Below are positions 1 to 8,998 of a stretch of 64,000 nt of DNA, one piece after another; position 1 is the first letter of the stretch; each line of letters opens with the position of its first letter. This DNA comes from an uncultured Actinomycetota bacterium (GTDB lineage: Bacteria > Actinomycetota > Actinomycetes > Mycobacteriales > Cryptosporangiaceae): NCBI GenBank assembly GCA_963746095.1, contig CAVVAL010000006.1:45158-109157 (forward strand). Reading direction: 5' to 3'. The position numbers and the translations under genes were made by a program. A model generated the notes under the pieces. The model was given only the letters and a program-made list of their open reading frames with translations. It had not been told where the DNA came from and did not search any database.

Positions 1-911
1 GGTGGTGCCGGTGACTTCGAGCAGCCGGCGGGCGGCCTCGATCCGCGCCGCCTCGACATAGGCGGCCGGGGTCTGGCCGACCTCGGCGGCGAACACGCGG
101 GTGAAGTGCCGGTCGCTCATGCCGGCCCGCGCGGCGAGAATCGGCACCGTGAGGTCCTCCGCCAGATGGTCGGCGATCCAGGTCTGGACGTCGCGGAGCG
201 GCTCCCGGGCCGGGCGCTGGGCGGCGAGCTGGGTGCTGAACTGCGCCTGCCCGCCCGGCCGCTGGACGAACATCACGAGTTGGCGGGCGATCCGCCGCGA
301 CACGTCCGCGCCTTGGTCCGCCTCGACCATCGCCAGCGCGAGATCGATGCCGGCGGTCACGCCCGCGGAGGTCCACACGTCGCCGTCCCGGATGAAGATC
401 GGATCGGCGTCGACGGTCACGGCCGGGTGCAGTCGCGCCAGCCGCTCGCAGCTTCCCCAGTGCGTGACCGCCCGCCGCCCGTCCAGCAGCCCGGCGCGTG
501 CCAGCAGGAAGGCACCGCTGCACACCGAGGCCGTCCGGCCGGCGCGCCTGGCGGCCCGGACCAGCCAGCCGTTCAGGTCGTCGTCGGCGTACGCCCGCCC
601 CGTGCCGGGTCCGCCGACGACGATCAGCGTGTCGATCGGCCCGTCGAGTCCGCGGCGGCCAAGGTCGGCCCGATCGTGAGGCCGCCGCTGGACCGGACCG
701 GGCCGCCCGCCATCGACACGGTCTCGACCAGGTACTGCTGCCGCGCCGTCGAATCCCTCTCGACCTGCGAGAACACCTCGTGCGGTCCGGTGAGATCGAG
801 GATCTGGAAGTCCGGGAAGACGACGAAGACGACGCGGTGGGCTGTCACCCGTCCATCGTCGGGGAGCTGGCCGGATGGCGGCAAGGACACAGACCTGACG
901 ATTCCCGCCAT
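1..911 (-). CDS. GlxA-like transcriptional regulator (DJ-1/PfpI domain + AraC-type HTH); C-terminus cut by window edge; frameshift near 655-665
   Basis: Minus-strand ORF 624..911 gives VVFVVFPDFQILDLTGPHEVFS (DJ-1/PfpI start). Reverse complement of 1..620 continues in another frame through IDTLIVVGGPG to an AraC HTH (MSDRHFTRVFAAEVGQTPAAYVEAARIEAARRLL). Confidence 0.6.
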
Positions 912-1022
912 GCCGATCTCGCTGCGAACCCGGGAAGGCCAGAGCCGGCGAACCCCACGAGCCGGCGCACCCCGATGCGGGGACGCCCGGCTCCCGGCTC
1001 GCGGTCGGCCAGAGGCCTGGGA

Positions 1023-2366
1023 TCAGTGCGCGCTGTACCCCTCGCGCCTCCGCTCGGACCTGGGCACGTGCAGGGTCTCCGTCGTCGACCGGACCCCGCC
1101 CGTCCGATCGCCGGGAGTCCGCTCCGCGGGAGTCCGCTCCACCGGCGGCCGCTCGGACGGGAACTCGCTCGCCGTCTCGTCGGTCTCCCGGCCCGGCGTC
1201 TTCAGGTTGAAGATCCTGATCGCGGCGCGGAACACCACGTAGTAGATGACCGCGTAGGCGACCCCGATGACCAGCAGGATCCAGGGCTTGTCGGCCTTGT
1301 TGTAGTACAGCAGGTAGTCGATCAGGCCGGCCGAGAACGCGAAGCCGTGGGTGGCCCCGAGCAGGGCCGCGAGCGCCATCGCGATTCCCGTCAACAACGC
1401 GTGCAGGAGGAACAGCAGCGGGGCGACGAAGAGGAACGCGAACTCCAGCGGCTCGGTGACCCCCGTGATGATCGAGGTGAGCGCCGCCGTCAGCATGATG
1501 CCGCCGACCATCTTGCGCTTCTCCGGCCGGGCCTCCTGCCACATCGCGACCGCCGCCGCGGGCAGTCCGAACATCATCACCGGGTAGAAGCCGGCCATGA
1601 ACGTGCCCGCGTTGGGGTCGCCGGCGAGGAACCGGTTGTAGTCGCCGTGCACGACCTTGCCGTCCACGTTGTAGTCGCCGATCACCTGCCACACGATCGT
1701 GTTCGGGATGTGGTGCAGACCGAGGGGGATCAGCAGCCGGTTGACGAAGCCGAAGATGCCGGCGCCGACCCAGCCCGAGTCGAGCACCTTCTCGCCGACC
1801 CAGTCGATGCTCTCCCATACCGGTGGCCAGATGTATCCGAAGAGGACACCGAGCACGAGGGCGGTGAACGCCGTGATGATCGGCACGAACCGACGACCGC
1901 CGAAGAACGCCAGGTACGGCGGCAGCTTGATCCGGTAGAACTTCTGGTAGAGCAGCGCGGTGACCAGGCCGATCAGGATGCCGCCGAGAACACCCATGGT
2001 CACCGGCCGGCCCTGCACGGTCTGGCCGTCGATGACGACCGTGAACACCTTGTCGAAGACCAGGTAGCCGACGACCGCGGAGAGCGCCGTCGAACCGTCC
2101 GCCCGCCGCGCGAAGCCGATCGCGATGCCGACCGCGAAGAGTAAGGGGAGCGCGTCCAGCAGCGCGGCGCCGCCACTGCCGATGATCTGGGCGATCCTGG
2201 TCCCGCCGATACCGGGGATGTCGTCCTGACCGAGCCGGATCAGCAGACCCGCCGCGGGCAGCACCGCGATCGGAAGCATGAGGCTCCGACCGATGCGCTG
2301 AAGCACCGCGAATGCGGAGCTGCCCTTGCCGGCCGACGACGGAGCGTCGGCGACACTTGCGGTCAT
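1023..2366 (-). CDS. PTS EIIC permease, glucose/N-acetylglucosamine family (EIIC only, no fused EIIB)
   Basis: 524-aa ORF; start chosen at MTASVADAPSS (ATG 2366) with a GGAGGA RBS 8 nt upstream. Polytopic membrane protein with typical EIIC(Glc) blocks (GFARRADGSTALSAVVGYLV, GILIGLVTALLYQKFYRIKLPPYLAFFGGRRFVPI, FLAGDPNAGTFMAGFYPVMMFGLP). Confidence 0.8.
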   Translation of the reverse strand: MTASVADAPSSAGKGSSAFAVLQRIGRSLMLPIAVLPAAGLLIRLGQDDIPGIGGTRIAQIIGSGGAALLDALPLLFAVGIAIGFARRADGSTALSAVVGYLVFDKVFTVVIDGQTVQGRPVTMGVLGGILIGLVTALLYQKFYRIKLPPYLAFFGGRRFVPIITAFTALVLGVLFGYIWPPVWESIDWVGEKVLDSGWVGAGIFGFVNRLLIPLGLHHIPNTIVWQVIGDYNVDGKVVHGDYNRFLAGDPNAGTFMAGFYPVMMFGLPAAAVAMWQEARPEKRKMVGGIMLTAALTSIITGVTEPLEFAFLFVAPLLFLLHALLTGIAMALAALLGATHGFAFSAGLIDYLLYYNKADKPWILLVIGVAYAVIYYVVFRAAIRIFNLKTPGRETDETASEFPSERPPVERTPAERTPGDRTGGVRSTTETLHVPRSERRREGYSAH

Positions 2367-2380
2367 GTGCGTTTTCCTCC

Positions 2381-3127
2381 TCAGAGACGGGGGTTGGTGA
2401 TGCGTGCAGCGGGGCGCGAGAGCGGGACCCAGAGCTTGTAGCGGTCCGCACGGAAGGACAGGACCGAGTAGGCCAGCAGGGTCCCTCCGGTGTACGCGTG
2501 CCGTTCGGTGCGGAGCACCGGTCCCCCGACCGGTATCTCGAGCAACGAGGCGGTCGCCGGATCCGCGGCAACCGCCTCGATGGAGTCCTCGCCCCAATCA
2601 GGGATGAGCGCATATCGCTCGGCGAGGCACGTGTAGAGGGAGGTCGGTGCCTCCCGGTCAGCGAGGCCGGGCACCCGCTGATCCAGTAGATAGGTGTGCT
2701 CGACGGCCATCGGCACGCCGTCCGCGTAGCGCAACCGTTCGAACCGGACGATCGGCGCGCCGGGATCCACCTCGAGCTCGCGGGCGATGTGACCACTCGC
2801 CGGTACCCGTTCGAAGGCCAGCATCTTGGCGTCCGCGACCATGCCGCGCCGGGCCATCTCCTCGGTGAACGAGGTGAGCCGGACCTGTAGATCGAGCTTC
2901 GGCCTGGCGACGAACGTGCCCTTGCCCGTGACCCGGAAGAGCCGGCTGTCCGCGACGAGCGCGTCCACCGCCTGCCGGACCGTCATTCTGGCGACGCCGT
3001 ACCGCTCGGCCAGTTCGCGCTCGGAAGGGATCGCTCCCTCGGCTGGCAGTCCGCTCTCGATGAGGTCGAGGAGGATGTCGCGCAGCTGGAGATGTTTGGG
3101 TATCGGGCTGCGCGGGTCGAGCGCCAT
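2381..3127 (-). CDS. GntR/HutC-family regulator (winged HTH + UTRA effector domain), DasR-like
   Basis: 248 aa; N-terminal GntR HTH (ERELAERYGVARMTVRQAVDAL) and a UTRA-type C-terminal domain. Sits adjacent and divergent to the PTS genes, with dre-like sites in the intergenic region. Confidence 0.8.
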   Translation of the reverse strand: MALDPRSPIPKHLQLRDILLDLIESGLPAEGAIPSERELAERYGVARMTVRQAVDALVADSRLFRVTGKGTFVARPKLDLQVRLTSFTEEMARRGMVADAKMLAFERVPASGHIARELEVDPGAPIVRFERLRYADGVPMAVEHTYLLDQRVPGLADREAPTSLYTCLAERYALIPDWGEDSIEAVAADPATASLLEIPVGGPVLRTERHAYTGGTLLAYSVLSFRADRYKLWVPLSRPAARITNPRL

Positions 3128-3215
3128 CTCAACCTCCTCTGAGGACTCGCTCGGCCGTCCCTGCTGGCGGGCGCTCTGAACGCGGCGGATGACGCGTGAT
3201 CCGGGTCACGTCTGG

Positions 3216-3231
3216 ACCGGACTAGACCAGT
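3216..3231. promoter_or_regulatory. DasR-responsive-element-like operator (14/16 match to A(C/G)TGGTCTAGACCA(C/G)T)
   Basis: accggactagaccagt, in the intergenic region between the GntR/HutC gene and the PTS EIIB gene. Confidence 0.45.
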
Positions 3232-3281
3232 TGGTGTTCACTGCTGTCAAGGTACGGGTCAAGCCGTCAGGCGAACCGTAC

Positions 3282-3297
3282 ACAGGTGTAGACCAAT
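3282..3297. promoter_or_regulatory. Second dre-like site (13-14/16)
   Basis: acaggtgtagaccaat, 110 bp upstream of the EIIB start codon. Confidence 0.4.
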
Positions 3298-3409
3298 GGG
3301 TAAATTGCCCTATTCACAAGCGGGAGAACGCGGTGCGAGGCGGCCCGGGTCGGCACCCCCGACGGCCCGATTTGGCTACCCGTCCGGCGCCCCGAAAGGA
3401 GCTCACGGA

Positions 3410-3643
3410 ATGGCCAGCAAGGCAGAGCAGATCGTCGCCGGACTCGGTGGTGTGAACAACATCATCGAGATCGAGCCATGCATCACGCGGCTGCGTACCG
3501 AGGTCGCCAACGGCGGTCTGGTGAACGAGTCGGCGCTCAGGGCCGCAGGTGCACACGGCGTGATGAAGTCGGGCAACGTTGTCCAGGTGATCGTCGGGCC
3601 CGAGGCCGACACGATCGCCAGTGACATCGAAGACTTGCTGTAG
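3410..3643 (+). CDS. PTS EIIB component (glucose family, stand-alone)
   Basis: 77 aa, MASKAEQIVAGLGGVNNIIEIEPCITRLRTEV. The phospho-cysteine motif C-ITRLR is present. Confidence 0.85.
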   Translation: MASKAEQIVAGLGGVNNIIEIEPCITRLRTEVANGGLVNESALRAAGAHGVMKSGNVVQVIVGPEADTIASDIEDLL

Positions 3644-4092
3644 TGGCCGTGCACGTCAGCGCACCGCTCACCGGTAAGGCGATCCGCCTGGTAGAGGTAC
3701 CCGACCCGGTCTTCGCCACCGCGATGGTCGGGCCGGGCCTCGCCATCGAGCCCGCGCGGGCGTCCGACACGGTGGTCGCACCGGTGGCCGGCAAACTGGT
3801 CAAGCTCAAGGCGCACGCGTTGGTCGTGCTCGCCGACGGCGGCCGGGGCGTCCTGGTCCACCTCGGCATCGATACGGTGCGGCTCGGCGGCGAGGGGTTC
3901 ACCCTCCTTGCCATCGAGGGCGACACCGTGGAGGCTGGCCAGCCGCTCGTCCGGTGGAACCCCACCGACGTGGCGGCCCGCGGGTTCTCCTCGATCTGCC
4001 CGGTGGTCGCGCTGGATGCGGCCAGCGACGCGGTCGAGGCGCTCGCGTCCGGGCCGATCGACGTCGGCGCACCGTTGTTCACCTGGACCTAG
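3643..4092 (+). CDS. crr: PTS EIIA-Glc (Crr)
   Basis: 149 aa; the GTG start overlaps the EIIB TAG stop. EIIA-Glc fold motifs GKLVKLKAHALVV...GVLVHLGIDTVRL...GFTLLAIEGDTVEAGQPL. Confidence 0.85.
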   Translation: MAVHVSAPLTGKAIRLVEVPDPVFATAMVGPGLAIEPARASDTVVAPVAGKLVKLKAHALVVLADGGRGVLVHLGIDTVRLGGEGFTLLAIEGDTVEAGQPLVRWNPTDVAARGFSSICPVVALDAASDAVEALASGPIDVGAPLFTWT

Positions 4093-4104
4093 GGTCTGTT
4101 TCGA

Positions 4105-4118
4105 CGTCCCTGGTCTAG
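4105..4118. promoter_or_regulatory. dre-like half site (TGGTCTAG) in the crr-ptsH spacer
   Basis: ctggtctagcgaga. The spacer also carries a perfect 10-bp inverted repeat CTAGGGTCTG (4089-4098) / CAGACCCTAG (4249-4258). Confidence 0.3.
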
Positions 4119-4395
4119 CGAGACGTGTTCCAGGCGGCGGTCCGGCAAGGCGGAGGTGCATCCGGATACGGGTCTTGTATCCGGACGGGCCGACAACGTC
4201 GCCGGTCGTCGTCTGGGGCGCGGCGCAGCCGGCAGAGGGACTTCGAAGCAGACCCTAGTGCGGTAAGCCAAACCCGATCATCCCCCGGAAACGTCGAATC
4301 CCGGGGCGGTGGAGCCCGACCGACTTCCACCGCCCCGGGCCGATGCGTGCCAGCATCAGCACCCAGCAGTCCCGCAGCAGGTAAGGAGCCGAAAG

Positions 4396-4683
4396 ATGCC
4401 CGAACGTCGGGTCACCGTCGCGTCCCAGGTGGGACTGCACGCACGACCCGCCGCGCTCTTCGTCCGGGCCGCCGGACGGGCCGGCGTCGGTGTCACGATC
4501 GCCAAGGAAGGTGCCACGCCGATCGACGCGCGTAGCCTGCTGGCCGTGATGGCACTCGATGTCCGGCACGGCGACGAGGTGATCATCGCCGCCGAGGGGA
4601 GCGGAGCCGACGCCGCGCTCGAGCTCCTGGTGGCTCTGCTCAGCACCGACCTGGACGCACCCGTCGCCGATGTCGATGCGTGA
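4396..4683 (+). CDS. ptsH: Phosphocarrier protein HPr
   Basis: AAGGAG RBS then ATG 4396. RVTVASQVGLHARPAALFVRAAGRAGVGVTIAKEG (His15 region), 95 aa. Confidence 0.9.
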   Translation: MPERRVTVASQVGLHARPAALFVRAAGRAGVGVTIAKEGATPIDARSLLAVMALDVRHGDEVIIAAEGSGADAALELLVALLSTDLDAPVADVDA

Positions 4684-6530
4684 GGCGGCCGGGGCTGGTT
4701 CGGCCGGCGTTGATTCGGCCGGCGTTGGACCGGCCGGGCCGGGTTCGGCCGGGGCCGCGACGGCCGGGCATGCGGCGGCCGGCGCTGAGCTGGCTGGCGC
4801 TGACGGGCGACGGGTGTTGAACGGGACCGGTGTCGGGCGCGGCCGCGCGCTGGGGCCGGTGGCCCGGATGGGCGATCCGCTGCCACCCCCGTCTGCTTCC
4901 GCCAGCACCCGCCCGCCGCGGGACGAGCTCGCCACCGCCCGCTCGGCCATGGTCGAGGTCGCGGCCGACCTGCGGCGGCGCAGCGAACTCGCCGTCGGCG
5001 CGGCCCGGGACGTGCTCGACGCGCAGTCCCTGATGGCCGACGACCCCGCGGTCGACGCCAAGGTCACGGCCGCCATTCATGACGGTGCCACCGCCGCCCA
5101 CGCGGTCTTCGTGGCGTTCGGCGAGTACCGCGAGCTGCTGGCGACCGGCGGCGAATACCTGGCCGCACGGGTGCCCGATCTGGACGACGTGCGGCAGCGA
5201 GTGGTCGCCGCCTGCCTCGGCGTGCCGGTGCCCGGCATCCCGGATCCGGGTGCCCCGTTCGTGCTGGTCGCCAGGGACCTCGCGCCGGCCGACACCGTGC
5301 AGCTCGATCTCTCCCGGGTGCTCGCGCTGGTCACCGCCGAGGGCGGCCCGACCAGCCACACCGCGATCCTGGCCCGTGGTCGCGGCATCCCGGCCGTGGT
5401 CGGCTGCGCCGGCGCGACCGCGCTGGCCGACGGCGTGACCGTGCTGGTCGACGCGGGCACCGGCGCGGTGACGGTCGACCCGCCGCCGGGCGCGGTGACG
5501 CTGCCGGCGTCGGCCGGCGCTTCGGCTGGCGCGTACGTGGGCGGCGGCACCGCCGATGGTCGGACGATCGCGCTGCTGGCGAACGTGGGTTCGCCGGCCG
5601 AGGCGGCCGATGCCCTGGCCGCCGGCGCCGAGGGCGTCGGGCTGCTGCGGACCGAGTTCCTCTTCCTGGACGCGGCCACCCCACCGACCGCCGCCGACCC
5701 AGGAACAGGCTTACCGAAAGATCTTCTCCGGGTACGCCGGGCGCAAAGTGACCGTGCGCGTGCTCGACGCGGGCGCCGACAAGCCGCTCCCGTTCCTGTC
5801 GCCGGCTGGCTCACCGTCCGCCTCGCCGCCTGCCTTGCTGCGCCGGGAGCCCAACCCGGCGCTGGGACTCCGCGGGCTCCGCGCGCTGCAGGCCCATCCC
5901 GAGGTGCTGGACACGCAGCTCACGGCCATCGCCGCGGCGGCGGCCGGCAGCGGCGCCGAGGTCTGGGTGATGGCGCCGATGGTCGCCGACGCGGCCGACG
6001 CGGCGTGGTTCGTCGAGCGGGCGCGCGCCCACGGGCTCGACCGCGCCGGCGCGATGGTCGAGGTGCCGTCGGCCGCCCTCACCGCCGACGCGCTGCTGGC
6101 CACCGTGCGGTTCGCGAGCATCGGCACCAACGACCTGACCCAGTACACGCTGGCCGCGGACCGGCTGGTCGGCGCGCTGGCCGGTCGCCAGGACCCGTGG
6201 CATCCGGCCGTGCTCCGGCTGGTGGAGCTGGTCGGAGCGGCGGGCGCCCGAGCCGGCAAGCCGATCGGCGTCTGCGGGGAGGCCGCCGCGGACCCGCTAC
6301 TGGCCTGCGTACTGGTGGGGCTGGGCGTGACCAGCCTGTCCATGGCGCCAGCGGCGCTCGCCGACGTCCGCGCCGAACTGGCCCGCCGCACCCACGCCGA
6401 GTGCGTCACCCTGGCACAGCTCGCCCTCGCCGCGCCCACCGCCGCCGCAGCCCGAACCGCCGTATCCGCAGCCGGCGCCGCCACCCCCTGCGCCGGCCAA
6501 CCCACCGCGCCGGCCCACGCTGCGGCCCAC
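4670..6530 (+). CDS. ptsI: PTS enzyme I (phosphoenolpyruvate-protein phosphotransferase), frameshifted near 5700; 3' end unresolved
   Basis: Frame 1 carries GGPTSHTAILARGRGIPAVVG and LLRTEFLFLD. From ~5706 the protein continues in frame 2 (QEQAYRKIFSGYAGRKVTVRVLDAGADKP ... ASIGTNDLTQYTL ... KPIGVCGEAAADP). No in-frame stop before the palindromic element at 6536. The N-terminal ~50 aa is Ala/Gly-rich and encoded by 15-bp tandem repeats, so the true start may lie downstream. Confidence 0.8.
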
Positions 6531-6535
6531 CCCTG

Positions 6536-6587
6536 CGGTTTGGGCGACATCTTCGCGGTTATAGCCGAGAAGATGTCGCCCAGAGCG
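6536..6587. repeat. Palindromic intergenic element copy 1 (TTTGGGCGACATCTTC-loop-GAAGATGTCGCCCAGA)
   Basis: Perfect ~20-bp arms around the loop TTATAG. Lies between convergent ptsI (+) and the Cys-rich protein gene (-). Confidence 0.9.
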
Positions 6588-6608
6588 GAGCGCTTGCGCG
6601 GGGGCGGG

Positions 6609-8658
6609 TCAGCCGAGGTGGGCGTTGGCGATCGTCTCGCGCAGGGTCGAAGCGGCGCCGATCTTGGTCCACTGGCGCTGGGTCCAGACGTGCAGGCTCC
6701 AGCCGTCGCGGGTCGCGTAGGCGAGCACCCGCTCGTACTGGCTGGCCAGCTCGCGGAGCATCGCCTCGACGCCGGTCTCCGCCTCGACCGCGCGGCGGCG
6801 CTGGGGCGGCTGCAGCACCTCGGTGCGCTCGACGTCGTGCTCGATCGCCCCGATCCGCTGCGGCAGCGACGCGATCACCCTGCCGACGGCGTCGCCGAGG
6901 GTCAGGTCGATCTCCGGCGGCGCGTATCTGCTGGGCGTCCGGCGGTACGCGACCGCGACGCCCCAACGCGTCACGCCGCGCGGATCCGTGGCCACGGCGA
7001 TCTCCAGCCGGGCGTCGATGCCGCCGACCACCCTCATCAGGGCCTCGACCGGCGTGTCCCCGGGCGGCTGGACGAAGAAGATCACCCGTCCGCCCGGACG
7101 CCCGGTGGTGAGCCGGGCCAGGTACTCGGCGATCACCTCGCGCGCGTCGGTGAGGTCGGTGGCGAAGACGCCGTCCCTGGCCAGCGCGCCGACCGTGCGG
7201 ATCCCGTGGCTGCACGAGCCATTCGGGATCGGTGCCGAACTGCTCGGCCCACGCGGCCGCGGTCAGCTCGCGCGGCACCCGTGCGCACCGGACCCCATGG
7301 TCGTTGACGAAGAACGTCACCTCGGGGCGCGGTCCGACCGCGAGGTTGGTACTCACGCCGCGCCCGTCCGGACCGATCAGCGTCACGACCGCGCCAAGGT
7401 GCACCAGCCTGGTGTCGTCGCAGCCGGAACAGCGGGCGGCGGGGGCGCGACCGACGCCGGCACAGCGCGGGCAGTCCGCCGTCGGCTGTTCGCCGAGGTG
7501 CGTGCAGGAGCAGTCCTGCCAGGCGATGCCGGACGCGCACCGGGCGCACCGCTCGCGCGGGATCGGCGTGCCGACCGCGCTGGACTCCGGCATCGGCTCG
7601 GCCCGGTCGAGGACGCGCTCGATGGTCGACCGTACCTGGCCGGTCTGCTGGGTGGTGAGGATCTCGCGCTCCTCGGCGACCTGGAGCGGCGACACGTGCC
7701 ACCGGCCGTCCCGCCAGGTGGCGCTGCCGCCGGCGGCGTCGACCGCGGCGGCCCGGACGGCCTGCTCGACCTCGCGCAGCGACCAGGCGGCGTTGGACTC
7801 CCGGTTATTCGGCACCGGCGGGCGGGACACGACCCAGTGCCCCTCGGCCGTGGTGATCGACTTCATCTGCTCGACCAGTTCCCCGGCCGTGGCGCCGACG
7901 ATGGCGTCCTGGAACGTGAGCGGGCCGGCGTACCAGCACTGACCAGGCCGGATGGCGGCGCCGGGCACCTCGTACCCGATCGACCAGTAGCTGTCGACGA
8001 GCCGGACCACCAGGTCGAGCTTGGCCGCGCTGGCGACCAGCCGCAGGTCACCGAAGCGACCCTCGGGGTCGACCTGGGGGCGGACCCCGGCCGGATAGCC
8101 GACATACAGGTGCCAGCGCCGGCGGCCCGCCCACTCCGCGATCGCCGCCTCTTCGACGGCCGCGCGGACCGGCGTGGGGGCCTCGTCCTGCCAGTGCTGC
8201 GGCAGGAAGATCGGCATCGCCACGTCGTCGCGGCGCAGCGGCTGGTCGAGGCTGTCGTAGAGGGTGTCCACGCCGACCTGCTCGGCGAGGTCACGGACGG
8301 CGGGCGTGAGGTCGATGATCCGGCGGGTGCGCTTCACCGGCCACGGCGTGATGTCGTACGCACCCGGCACCACCTGCACCGATGCGCTCTGGCCGGTGAC
8401 CGCGTTGACGACCGTCAGCACGCCCTGGGCACGGAGCTGTCCGCTCTGCCGGCACGGAAAGCACATCACCGTGGTCTCGCCGGTGCCCTGGCACAGCTCG
8501 CAGTCGGCGTACGGCTCGCCGTCGGAGAGCAGACCGGTGCCGCTGGTCAGGAACGTGTTGCCGTTGTGCCTGCACACGCAGGCAGTGATGCGGAGCCCCA
8601 ACCCGGCGCAGGCGGGGCAGGCAATGAGGGCTGGTGTCGCCCCGGCCTGCTCTGGCAT
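6609..8658 (-). CDS. Hypothetical ~680-aa protein with two clusters of DnaJ-type CxxCxGxG zinc-finger-like motifs and no J domain; frameshift near 7200
   Basis: N-terminus CPACAGLG, CELCQGTG, CFPCRQSG; mid-protein CARCASG, CPRCAGVG, CSGCDD. ORF 6559..8727 goes Arg-rich after ...EWLVQPRDP, while ORF 6609..7136 continues it in another frame (RTVGALARDGVFATDLTDAREVIAEYLARL...), so a 1-nt indel is implied. Confidence 0.6.
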
Positions 8659-8998
8659 CTGACCTCGTCCACTGACCCCGCCGTCATGGACGGCCGACAC
8701 GGTCGCCCGGCAGGCCAGCCTCCGCAAAGCAGTGGGGGCGGACGCAGCGTGCCGGGTGAATGCTTCACCGTAGCGAACGCGAGTGACATTTGGGTGCGGT
8801 GTGACACGAAAGTGATGCTAAGAAGGCGTGCTCAGGGGCAAGACGCCCGTTCTCCTCCGTGCACTGAAGTGTGCTCGGCGGCCGGTGCGGCCGCGCGTGC
8901 GTTTCGCGGGCAGCAGTCGGCCGCCGGGCGAGAGTCGCCGGCCGCCGGCACCGGGCCGCGCCGGCCGGGGCCGCGCGCTCGAGCGGCGCCGAACCGAG

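Noticed and set aside
498-2144. 548-aa plus-strand ORF (and similar Arg/Asp-rich ORFs antisense to ptsI, ponA, DUF853)
   Set aside because: Antisense to clearly homologous genes (AraC regulator, PTS EIIC); composition dominated by R, D, G, P; no domain signatures.
6559-8727. Taking the full 722-aa ORF, including its Arg-rich C-terminal 170 aa, as the Cys-rich protein
   Set aside because: The Arg-rich tail is out of frame. The real continuation (RTVGALARDGVFATDL…ANAHLG) is ORF 6609..7136 in the adjacent frame.
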